Positions 7,697 through 17,122 of a stretch of DNA of 64,000 nt are shown one piece after another. The DNA lies in NCBI GenBank assembly GCA_040217195.1, contig JAVJNR010000004.1:576001-640000 (forward strand). Direction: 5' to 3'. Both the position numbers and the translations under genes were made by a program. Positions within the stretch are counted from its first letter, which is position 1, and each line of letters opens with the position of its first letter. The notes beneath the pieces were generated by a model that saw nothing but the letters and a program-made list of their open reading frames with translations, was not told the DNA's origin and ran no database searches. The DNA comes from Leptospiraceae bacterium (GTDB taxonomy: Bacteria; Spirochaetota; Leptospiria; Leptospirales; Leptonemataceae).

Positions 7697-10530
7697 AAAC
7701 GGTACTTGAATGTTAACCAGTAGGTGGCCTCTTCCAGGGAGGCGGCGCCGTCGGAAAGATCTCGGCCGCCTGCATTTGCATTCATAGGAAATGGATTTGT
7801 ATAATCCAGAAGGTTCTTTCCTATGACTGCGATCTCCATGCTTTCGCTCAGATCATAGGCCAGGCCAGCGTTCAACAACTGACTTCCTTCCACCCTATTT
7901 CCGTTAGGACTGTACCAGTTAGGAAAAAATAGATAGTTCAGCGAAAGAGTCAATGGCTGAATGGGAGAATAGAATAAATGTAATCTGGTTACGTTTTCAG
8001 GATAGGCGCGATGATGTTTGTTCTCCGAATCAGTTGTCAGATACATTCCTCCAATATTCTGACTGGATGCTGAAACAACCCGGACAACGGAATGATTTAG
8101 CCCAAATTCCAGATTCCGAGAACGGTAATTGATTCCGAACTCAGCACCAACCTGTCTTAGTTCACCGTTATTATTTTTGTAAAACCAGAAACCGTTCCAA
8201 TCACCTGGCTCATCGTTTCCCACCTGAGGCATGGTAAATACGGCCGGATCCTGGAAAATCACTCCAACATCGATAATGTCTTTCAGGCGATTATAGAAGG
8301 TTACAATTTCAAAATTCCAGTTCTTGTTCAGTCCATAATTGGCGGCGAGCTCAAAACTTTTCATCTTTTCCGGTCTGGTCCTGGGTATGTTGCGATAGTT
8401 CTCGTTGCTATTCGGGTTTGGAATACCCGCCGCTTCAATGTCATCAAAGTTGTCTGTCCTGAGATGCCCATCTTTCTGAAATCCACCTGAATAAGCGACG
8501 CCAGGCGATCCGCGAAATCCCTCCTGGAAGGAAAGTCTGAATCTTAAATCTTCCCAGCTATATAGTAATCCCAGTCTAGGCGAAACGTTGGTTCCCCAGT
8601 AGCGCTGCTTGTCATACCGAAATGCCGCAAATATATCCAGGGAGTCTGTAATGCTGTAATAGTCTTCAAGAAAGAAGGATCCCACGTCAATCGTGTTGGA
8701 ATACACATACTGGTGACTGCGATTAACGTCTCCCAGTAAAGTACTGTTCGCCTGATTTACTATAAAGTTGTTACCATTTTTGTCCGGCAAGCCCATGTCG
8801 TACCGCCGATACTCGGCACCCAGAGCCATTCTGTTATTTCTTGAGGTCTGCAGTTTAAGAAGTGCTGACCCGCCGTACCTTTCCTCCCTGGTTCCTCCCA
8901 TAATGAATCCGCTATGCGAATGAAGTATAATATCGTCCTGAGTAAAGAAGGCCCCCAGCTCTAAAGAGGCTGAACTGCCCAATTCAAACGTATAGCCTCC
9001 GTTGGCATGCCGGATGATATTCTGGACCTCATTTCTATCCCGATAGAAGTTATAGATGTCTCTTTGCTGATCAGTGTAGAATAAATCCAGTTCAAAGTTC
9101 TGATAGGCCAGAGTGGTCATGGCTGTGGTATTATCCGTACGTTTGAGTCTGTTCCCGGATGTGTACACCGTTCTACGCTGCACCAGCGATAGTCCATTTT
9201 GCTGAAAGACAGGTCCCGATGCGTCGGTTACTACCTGCTCAAACCGGCTATCTATGCCAGAGGTGGGAACTATCTGGAAATCGTATACATTTTGTAATCG
9301 TAGATCGTCCACTCCTTCGTAGCCTTTGTCCCGAGCATAGGCCTCGTTTCGCATACCCTGACCGGGATAGTATGTTTTCCCCATATACGCATAGGCCCGG
9401 AGTTCTGGCAGATCCTTTCCCTCAATGCCTGATTGAAAGGAAACATGGCTGTATCCATCTTTTCCGGTGGACGCAGTGAGTGCGCTCCGAGGATGACTCT
9501 TTCCATTTCGAGTAACTATGTTAATTACACCTAGCAAGGCGCCCTGTCCCAGGGTTACCGATCCGGGGCCACGGATCACTTCTATTCGCTGAATAAACTC
9601 CAGATCGATTCCCTGCAGCAAGGAATCCGGCGGCCCCCAGAACCACTCTGTGTTTATATTCTGACCATTGAGAAGCATCAGAACCTTGGCATTGTTGTCC
9701 GGGGCCAGTCCGCGAAATGCAGCAATTACATCGTCCTGATCTTCAACCAGGAAGAATCCAGGAACGTATATCATAAGTAGTTCATTTACTGTGCGCGCAC
9801 CACTGAGCTTGATCTTTTTCCGGTCGATTACCGATACAGACACAGGTTGCTTTTCCAGAGTTCGCGCAAGATTTGACGCTACAGTGATCTCCTGTTCAGT
9901 AAGTACCTGAAATACATCGTCGGACTCCTCTCGACCGGAATTTCGAATGTGGAAGGTAATATCAGAACCAATGGGATGACCGAGAATGTTCTCATCAATA
10001 TTGAATCTCCGTTCTTTTTTCTGGGGATTTGACCGAATTCTAATTGCAATCTTTCGCGATAGCTCTTCCATCCGCTCTTCTACAGATTCCGAAAGCTCGG
10101 ACTCATCCAATTTCAGTCCTTCCAGACCCTCCAAATCATCCAGTCGTTCCAGGTTATCCGTTACATTTACCGCATCAATTACATAGCCAGTATCTGGATC
10201 GTAGATTTGTCCAAATAGTTCCAGATTGATCTTACCGGTTCGATAGTATCCAGATACCAGAAAGGCTGCATTTGACTGGCAAGCTTCAGCCATAGCTCCC
10301 TCCAGAGTTCTGGTACGTGCAAAGATGACTGTATATCCATCCTTTTCGAGACCAAGACGTATCTTTGTCCTCAGGTCTGTTTGCAATTGAAGATTCTTTC
10401 CGTTGCCATAGGGGGAAAAGGGTCCTATAAGCACCGTCTTATCCGGGGACACTTCGGCACTCAGGCCTTGCAGGCAGCAAACCAGACCAATAATTACAGA
10501 GTAGCGATGCCAATTCATTACGTTTCCCAT
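7693..10530 (-). CDS. TonB-dependent receptor with N-terminal extension
   Basis: Plug motif IQRIEVIRGPGSVTLGQGALLGVINIVT; SPRLGLLY and PEKMKSFE motifs; C-terminal YWLTFKYRF. Confidence 0.93.
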   Translation of the reverse strand: MGNVMNWHRYSVIIGLVCCLQGLSAEVSPDKTVLIGPFSPYGNGKNLQLQTDLRTKIRLGLEKDGYTVIFARTRTLEGAMAEACQSNAAFLVSGYYRTGKINLELFGQIYDPDTGYVIDAVNVTDNLERLDDLEGLEGLKLDESELSESVEERMEELSRKIAIRIRSNPQKKERRFNIDENILGHPIGSDITFHIRNSGREESDDVFQVLTEQEITVASNLARTLEKQPVSVSVIDRKKIKLSGARTVNELLMIYVPGFFLVEDQDDVIAAFRGLAPDNNAKVLMLLNGQNINTEWFWGPPDSLLQGIDLEFIQRIEVIRGPGSVTLGQGALLGVINIVTRNGKSHPRSALTASTGKDGYSHVSFQSGIEGKDLPELRAYAYMGKTYYPGQGMRNEAYARDKGYEGVDDLRLQNVYDFQIVPTSGIDSRFEQVVTDASGPVFQQNGLSLVQRRTVYTSGNRLKRTDNTTAMTTLAYQNFELDLFYTDQQRDIYNFYRDRNEVQNIIRHANGGYTFELGSSASLELGAFFTQDDIILHSHSGFIMGGTREERYGGSALLKLQTSRNNRMALGAEYRRYDMGLPDKNGNNFIVNQANSTLLGDVNRSHQYVYSNTIDVGSFFLEDYYSITDSLDIFAAFRYDKQRYWGTNVSPRLGLLYSWEDLRFRLSFQEGFRGSPGVAYSGGFQKDGHLRTDNFDDIEAAGIPNPNSNENYRNIPRTRPEKMKSFELAANYGLNKNWNFEIVTFYNRLKDIIDVGVIFQDPAVFTMPQVGNDEPGDWNGFWFYKNNNGELRQVGAEFGINYRSRNLEFGLNHSVVRVVSASSQNIGGMYLTTDSENKHHRAYPENVTRLHLFYSPIQPLTLSLNYLFFPNWYSPNGNRVEGSQLLNAGLAYDLSESMEIAVIGKNLLDYTNPFPMNANAGGRDLSDGAASLEEATYWLTFKYRF

Positions 10531-10743
10531 TGAACGTTAGTGATCTCTTCTAAACAACGGCTGGTATCAAAGCAAAACTGGAAAGTATAAGCAAGTATTT
10601 CCCGTATGGGGAAACAGGCTAACGAACATCAGTTACAATACACCTGAACCAAACATTCCCCTGCGAATGTTTAGACAGAACCAGAGCAGAGAGGCTCTGC
10701 CGGTAGTTTTACATATTAATTTTCGTTTTCCTGGGCCGAAAAA

Positions 10744-13700
10744 TCAGAATCTGTAACCGAAGGTCAGCCAGATATTTCGGTTTTCAAGTGGATGCCTGGT
10801 GGGATAATATCCGCCAGTGGCAGTCCTGATACCGGGATCCCAGAATTGTTCATTGGTCAGGTTGCGAACCATCAGCTGAACATACATGGATTCCACTCCA
10901 AATGGTTCATCCCAGCGAATGTTTCCAACCCAGAAATAGTAAGCGGGAATTGTGGATTCAGGATTGGTAGATATTGTCCGGCGCTCTGAGACATAGTTCA
11001 TTCTCAAGTTGAGGGATAGAGTTTTGATTGGATAGTAAGTAAGCCCCAGGTTTAACTTATGCCTGGCGATGTTTGGAATAGGACCTCTGGATGGAATGCC
11101 ATCTAAATCCAGTAATTGAGATGGAAGAGCGCTACGAATTTCGCGTAGAAATTCTGCATTATTCAGTAGTTCAGGATTAAATGCAGATACAGCATTCAAT
11201 ACGGATTGCTCCAGCTGTGCCAGAACCGCTGCCTCCTGGGTCCGGATGCTAGCAAGGACTGAGGAAGCGGCATCCTGAATTGGATCGTCTCCGGCTCTAC
11301 CTCTGGTGGTTGGAGAAACAGCCAGGGTATAGGGTAAATTCAGATAGTAGCCCTCTGAAAAGGTATGATTGAAGTTCAAGGAAAGGTTATCGAGTATCAG
11401 GAAGTCCGATCGAGACTCTACTCCGAATACCCGGGCATCACCAACGTTCTGGTTTTGATTCCAGTTCCCGCCGGCAGGGTTGTTCTGCGAAGTCTGAACC
11501 TCTAAAATGAGATTTTCAATCTCATTGCGATAGGCCTGTATTGAAAAATAGTATCTCTTTTTGAAGCGATAGCCAATGCCCACTTCAACGGAACGCATTC
11601 TTTCAGGCTCCAGAGATTCGTTTCTCAGACGCTGGGCGGTTTCATTGTAGAGCTCCCAGGCCGTGGGAGCCCTGAAGCCCGTTCCCAGAAGCAATTTAAA
11701 AGTAAGATCATCTGTAGCATTGAACACAGCTCCCAGGCGAGGCGTGTGCGATCGACCATAGTCAGTGCTGTAGTCGTACCGGTATCCACCGGTGAGCTGC
11801 ACACTGGAAACAGGTCTGTACATTTGCTGACCGTACAATGCATAGTTGGACGTGCGAATTCTCTTCTCAGAACCGTATGCTTCCGGCACTACTGTATGGT
11901 TTCCTTCCCATCCGACGACGGATGTAGCTTTGGCCCCGGGATTATACGTAATCCTCTGTTTGAAGTCGTAAGCTCGATCCGGCCGGTCATAGTTGTAGAT
12001 AACACTGGTATCTGCCGGATCTGCAAAGAAATACGGCCTAACACCTGCAGTATTCGGGTACTGTTCGCCTGAACTGGATAGTATTTCTGTGTGGCGAATA
12101 CCTGCTTCTGTATCAAGACTCAGAAAGGGACTGAACTCATGCAGATAGCCAAATGTAAAGCTATGGTTTTCGAAGTTCCAGGATGACCCCCTATACCCCA
12201 GCTTATGAGTGTCGATTTGTTGAGTTCCATTGGCGAATGTACCATCGCCCTGAAGGTACTGCCAGTTCACGGTCTGAAATCTAAAGTTTCCCATTTGAAA
12301 CTTACCGGTGATATTGTAAGTATCATTATCTGCCACATCGAAATACGGGGACCACCAGTAGCCTATAGAGCTGGAACCAGGATTACACTGCCCGCCGCAG
12401 ATCGCCGACTCCACTGCATAATTCGGATCGTTTTTGCCCATATCTGAGCGATCCAGTCGACCAACATGACTGAAGTCCGGACCTGCCGTCCTATACATGT
12501 AGCCACTCACGGAATAGGAAAATGGTTTTTCAGTCCCAGGGGTTGACCCTCGAAGCGAAATATTGGCTCCATATCCCGGTCGCTCCAGGTTGTTATAGCC
12601 GCCAGCAGTGACCTCCGCCTGATTATTGGGGTTTCCCGCATGATCCTGAGTAATAATATTTATTACTCCATTAAAAGCATTCGCACCGTAGAGAGCAGAA
12701 GCGGGGCCGGCAATCACTTCAATTCGCTTCACATTATGCAGAGGAAAGCGAATGCTTCCGGCCAGAATGGCCGCCTCTGTAAGGTTATTATCCAGAACCC
12801 CATCTACGTACAATAAGGTTTTCTGGTTGTTACCTACCAGTCCTCTTTGATGAATCAATTCAGGAAAAATTCCATAGGTATGGATAATGTCGAAACCCGG
12901 AAGGTCCTGCAATGCATCCACAAGGGTTCTATAACCTCTCTCTCGAATCTGCTGCTCCGTTATTACGTAGACTGCGGCCGGAGCATCTCGTAGTGTACTT
13001 CGTGTTCTGGTAGCAGTTATCACCTCCTGCTCTTCCAGAAGCTGAAACACTTCCTGAGTGGCCAGGTCCGGATCCTTTTCGGCCAGAGGAAGAGAGTATT
13101 GTCTGGCCAGATCATTCGTACGAATATATCTATCCAGGTTCTCTCGTTTTACTCTTCGACTTGCATTTACACGAACCTGTATGGCCACCCTGCGAGCCAC
13201 AGTATCAATTACTTCTGCATCCGGAACTTTGATTTCATCTGCAGGCAAATCTATATCGGCGTACTCATCCACACGCTCCGCCACATCCACTCGATTGAAA
13301 GCATCGATCACCTCACCGGATTCTGGATGATATATTTGAACGTAAACGTTCAGAACTCCATTTACACTTCTGGAATAATATCCAGACACAAACAGGTGAC
13401 TTCCTTCCAGGCTTTCCGCAGATATTGTGGAGGGTCTCATATCACCCAGCATCTTTACGGATAACCCGGCGCCCTCCATTTCCTGGCGAAGGGCAGAACG
13501 TATTGAGGACTCTATCTGAGGTTCATTGGTTGCCCTGGACTGAAAGCCCCCTATGATTATTGTTTCTGCCGAAAGTGATTCGGAAACAGGGACAATGGAA
13601 AATAGTATAGAGAATAGAAAAATCGGGCGAAAGGCCACGGAACGTGCAACACCCAGATGCTCGGCCGACTTCCGAATGGCCTGGTAGGCAATCTGTAAAC

Positions 13701-13764
13701 TGCTAATAGCATCGGCCTGCTCTGCACCGAACGTGGATGCCCCGATTTTTCTCATTGCATCCAT
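10744..13764 (-). CDS. TonB-dependent receptor with N-terminal extension (true start may be downstream, e.g. GTG at 13638)
   Basis: VKRIEVIAGPASALYGANAFNGVINIIT, GFRAPT and LEPERMRSVE motifs; C-terminal IWLTFGYRF. Confidence 0.93.
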   Translation of the reverse strand: MDAMRKIGASTFGAEQADAISSLQIAYQAIRKSAEHLGVARSVAFRPIFLFSILFSIVPVSESLSAETIIIGGFQSRATNEPQIESSIRSALRQEMEGAGLSVKMLGDMRPSTISAESLEGSHLFVSGYYSRSVNGVLNVYVQIYHPESGEVIDAFNRVDVAERVDEYADIDLPADEIKVPDAEVIDTVARRVAIQVRVNASRRVKRENLDRYIRTNDLARQYSLPLAEKDPDLATQEVFQLLEEQEVITATRTRSTLRDAPAAVYVITEQQIRERGYRTLVDALQDLPGFDIIHTYGIFPELIHQRGLVGNNQKTLLYVDGVLDNNLTEAAILAGSIRFPLHNVKRIEVIAGPASALYGANAFNGVINIITQDHAGNPNNQAEVTAGGYNNLERPGYGANISLRGSTPGTEKPFSYSVSGYMYRTAGPDFSHVGRLDRSDMGKNDPNYAVESAICGGQCNPGSSSIGYWWSPYFDVADNDTYNITGKFQMGNFRFQTVNWQYLQGDGTFANGTQQIDTHKLGYRGSSWNFENHSFTFGYLHEFSPFLSLDTEAGIRHTEILSSSGEQYPNTAGVRPYFFADPADTSVIYNYDRPDRAYDFKQRITYNPGAKATSVVGWEGNHTVVPEAYGSEKRIRTSNYALYGQQMYRPVSSVQLTGGYRYDYSTDYGRSHTPRLGAVFNATDDLTFKLLLGTGFRAPTAWELYNETAQRLRNESLEPERMRSVEVGIGYRFKKRYYFSIQAYRNEIENLILEVQTSQNNPAGGNWNQNQNVGDARVFGVESRSDFLILDNLSLNFNHTFSEGYYLNLPYTLAVSPTTRGRAGDDPIQDAASSVLASIRTQEAAVLAQLEQSVLNAVSAFNPELLNNAEFLREIRSALPSQLLDLDGIPSRGPIPNIARHKLNLGLTYYPIKTLSLNLRMNYVSERRTISTNPESTIPAYYFWVGNIRWDEPFGVESMYVQLMVRNLTNEQFWDPGIRTATGGYYPTRHPLENRNIWLTFGYRF

Positions 13765-13927
13765 GGCCTTCGGTTTTTAGCGCCTGCTCCGCCACCGGGC
13801 AAGTATTAATTGAGACTGAATTCAATTACGCCGCTGTTTTGTGGCCGCGCCCTATACCATACTACATGGAGTAGCATGAAAGTTCAACGGCTGCGAAACC
13901 GGGAGCATGGAGAATTTAGAATGCCAT

Positions 13928-16147
13928 TCACGCTGTGCCGATCCGTGCCAGAATACGTTCTGCTCTTTCATCCTCCGGATCCAATTTCAACGCCCCTTCC
14001 GCATGGATTCTCGCTTGCATGAAGTCTCCCAGATCCATATAGACGCGGGCCAGCAACCGAAGCATGGCGGTATGGTGCTCCAGATCTTCCTGGGCTTGTG
14101 TTAAATAATCCAGCGCTTCTTCACTGCGATTCAATTTCCACAGGCACAGGCCTTTATGGTAGAGATCAATCGTGGAATCCGGTTCCGATTTTTGTTCCAG
14201 CAGGCTCAGCGCTTCCTGAAACTTCTTACTCTGCAGAAGCTCTTTTATGTCAGAGACCACAGGACGGGCCATTGGCACTGCAGAGAACTCCACGCGAATT
14301 AAAGAGAGATCGTCCGTAATGCCTCCGTACGCTTGAAGTGCATCCACAATTCCTTCTAACTGCCCGCCAGTAGATTCGCAAATCTTCAAGAAAAGCCCTT
14401 CATCTTGATTGATCTGCCGGCCTTCCGTGTTTGACGATATCTCAAGGTCATCCCTTCCGTCGGAACCAGCAATCAGCACATCTCCATCTTCTAACTGATA
14501 CTCGAAGATCTGCGGCTCTTCCACATCTGGCATTCCAAATTTCCGGGTGCTCATTTCCTCTTCCAGAAAGCTTGCATTACCTTTGCGAAACAGAACAGTA
14601 TGCGGATGCTCCGCATTCAAATAAAACATACGACCGCTACTTTCTTCGATAATTCCCAGAGCCCCGCTCACGTACATGCTGCCATCAAAGGTTTCAAAGA
14701 TTCTCTGAATCTCTGCATGCGTTTGTCGCATCCATTCCCTGGGATCAATCTGAAGGTCTCTATCATTGGCGGAAGATCGAACCATGATTGAATTTATTAG
14801 AGAGCCCATGACCAGAGCTCCTCCTGCTCCTTGCATGGATTTGCCCATGGCATCTCCGTTAAAGAACATTACCCAGCGGCTACCGTTAAACTTAATATTG
14901 CCGCTAACGCATAGATCACCACCAAGTTCGGCTTTCCATCGCCTAAAGGAAAATTGCTTCTTCTGGCGCAATAGAAAGTCTGTACTGATCCTATCGCTAT
15001 TATTCCGATTCTTGAACAACGGATTCGTGAGTAATGTCGATAGATAGTAGTCCCCGTCCTGCTGCAGCTTCAGACGTTGCACCTGGGCCAGGGTTTCCTC
15101 CAGTCGGGCCGTTCGATCGGCAACCATATCTTCTAATTGCTCCGAATGAATACGAATCTCTCGCACCATATCGTTGAATGCATCTGCCAGCAAACCCAGT
15201 TCATCGCCGCTTTTTACTTCTACGCGTGTATTAAAGTCCCGGTCCTGGACCTGCTCTGCACCCCGACGAAGACTTTCGATGGGAGCTGTAAGAAAACGAG
15301 CCAGGAAATAGGCAGCCGCGCCAGTAACAAAAAAGATCACAACAAGGCTGGTAACCGCTACCCAGAAAAACCAGTTCAAAAGATTTAAATCCGAGTCCAC
15401 ATCCATGTCCAGACCCAGAACGGCTATTACGTTTCCCTCCCTATCCTTTATAGGAACCATTGCGCTGTACCAGACGCCCCATGCATCTGCGAAAGCATCA
15501 TCGGTGTTGGTGACCTTACCGGTCTTGAAGGCTTCCTTCATGCGGGGCTGAGCCGAAATATTATAGAGCAGCCCTGCCGGAACTCCTACCTCATCGTCAT
15601 CTATTTCTCCATTTTCATTCATATCGATTTCTTCGTAATCCGCATCCCCCAGAAAACGGACTATGTTATAATCTGGATCCTCATCAATGGGCGCCAGAAG
15701 ATAGGTATACTTCAGGGTTGGACTTCCTTCAGGACGATTCAAATCTTGATCCAGCTTCTCCGGGTAGACCGGATCTTCCAGAGTGCCGGCCTTGATCAGA
15801 CGCAGGGACTGAGCCAGCGCCTGGAATTCGGGGCTGGCCTCAATTTCCAGGGATCTTTCTCGGGGGATGGCCTCTTCAAATTCATCTTCCGGTATAGAAG
15901 CAAGAAATTTACTATCTACGCCCCTCTGACTTTCCTGCATTTGCCTGCTTAGCACAATCATCGCCTGGCGCTGCTCCGCGGTAAAAAGGGCCTGACCGGT
16001 TTTCCCGATATCCCTTAACCGACGGCTCATTTCGGACCAGACCTTATCCTTTAGCTGCAGATAATAGTAGCTCATGGCGGATGTAGATGCTGCCAGAGAT
16101 ACAAATGCGATGGCAACGGCCACCTTCAGGCTGAATGAGATTCGCAT
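13928..16147 (-). CDS. Membrane sensor PP2C/SpoIIE phosphatase (periplasmic domain, HAMP, SpoIIE, TPR)
   Basis: Two TM segments; HAMP (GDELGLLADAFNDM); GGD, GDAMGKS, NAEHP, SDGRDD and TDDLS motifs; C-terminal TPR-like helices. Confidence 0.9.
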   Translation of the reverse strand: MRISFSLKVAVAIAFVSLAASTSAMSYYYLQLKDKVWSEMSRRLRDIGKTGQALFTAEQRQAMIVLSRQMQESQRGVDSKFLASIPEDEFEEAIPRERSLEIEASPEFQALAQSLRLIKAGTLEDPVYPEKLDQDLNRPEGSPTLKYTYLLAPIDEDPDYNIVRFLGDADYEEIDMNENGEIDDDEVGVPAGLLYNISAQPRMKEAFKTGKVTNTDDAFADAWGVWYSAMVPIKDREGNVIAVLGLDMDVDSDLNLLNWFFWVAVTSLVVIFFVTGAAAYFLARFLTAPIESLRRGAEQVQDRDFNTRVEVKSGDELGLLADAFNDMVREIRIHSEQLEDMVADRTARLEETLAQVQRLKLQQDGDYYLSTLLTNPLFKNRNNSDRISTDFLLRQKKQFSFRRWKAELGGDLCVSGNIKFNGSRWVMFFNGDAMGKSMQGAGGALVMGSLINSIMVRSSANDRDLQIDPREWMRQTHAEIQRIFETFDGSMYVSGALGIIEESSGRMFYLNAEHPHTVLFRKGNASFLEEEMSTRKFGMPDVEEPQIFEYQLEDGDVLIAGSDGRDDLEISSNTEGRQINQDEGLFLKICESTGGQLEGIVDALQAYGGITDDLSLIRVEFSAVPMARPVVSDIKELLQSKKFQEALSLLEQKSEPDSTIDLYHKGLCLWKLNRSEEALDYLTQAQEDLEHHTAMLRLLARVYMDLGDFMQARIHAEGALKLDPEDERAERILARIGTA

Positions 16148-16228
16148 GATACCGATCCTTTTTTTGTTTCCCCTGGCATGGACATTTTTTCAATTAGAGT
16201 CAAGGGAAATAGAAACTAAAAATGAATA

Positions 16229-17119
16229 ATGGAAGTTAATCAGATGATCAGGATTGCAGGAATCGGAGATATCCATACCTCTTTCGATGAAGAGGACGTA
16301 CGCTTATTCAATGAAAGCGACTACGATCTGATCTTGATCTGCGGCGATCTGCCAGGTAGATCCCATAAGCAAACCACGGCCATGGGAAAAATTATAGCAG
16401 ACCTGGAAAAGCCGGCACTGATGATTCCCGGAAATCACGACGGCACTTCTGTATTACAGTTGCTGGGTGAGATTACTGGAAGCGAAAGACTGAAAAGACC
16501 GGACTCCAAAATGAAAGGCCGATTGGAGGATTTGAAGCAAGCTCTGGGGGCGGTTCGGCTGGGAGGCTACTCCAGGCATGGCTTTGATCCGTTGCGCGGC
16601 TGGGTTAGTGAGGACTCGGAACTGGACATAATCGTTGCAAGGCCACACAGTATGGGAGGAAAAAGCATCGGATTTCTTCCATTTATTCAAAGCGAATACG
16701 GAGTCCAGACACAGACCGAATCGGCCAATCGGATCTTTTCCCTTCTCGAAGCAAGCTCTTCACCGCTGCGGTTGGTGCTGGCGCATAATGGGCCCACAGG
16801 GCTTGGAAGCTTGCCATCATCCATCTGGGGATGCGATTTTGATCCGGAACGAGGAGATTTTGGAGATCCGGATCTGGAAGAGGCCATCAATGAGGCAAAG
16901 AAAGCCCGGCAACAGCCCACAGTGGTTCTGGCGGGCCATATGCATCATGCGCTCAAGACCGGTGGCCAGAGGGAATGGTATGAGTTCATCGATGGAATTC
17001 ATTACATTAATGCAGCCAGGGTTCCCCGGATATTCCGGGAAAACGGGGAAAAACAAAGACACCATGTTCGGATAGAACTGGACAGAACCGATGTACAGAT
17101 AGAACAGATATACTGGTAA
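16229..17119 (+). CDS. Calcineurin-like metallophosphoesterase (DevT/TIGR04168-like)
   Basis: GDIH, GDL, GNHD, LAHNGPTGLG, DFGDPDL and GHMHH motifs. Confidence 0.88.
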   Translation: MEVNQMIRIAGIGDIHTSFDEEDVRLFNESDYDLILICGDLPGRSHKQTTAMGKIIADLEKPALMIPGNHDGTSVLQLLGEITGSERLKRPDSKMKGRLEDLKQALGAVRLGGYSRHGFDPLRGWVSEDSELDIIVARPHSMGGKSIGFLPFIQSEYGVQTQTESANRIFSLLEASSSPLRLVLAHNGPTGLGSLPSSIWGCDFDPERGDFGDPDLEEAINEAKKARQQPTVVLAGHMHHALKTGGQREWYEFIDGIHYINAARVPRIFRENGEKQRHHVRIELDRTDVQIEQIYW

Positions 17120-17122
17120 TAC

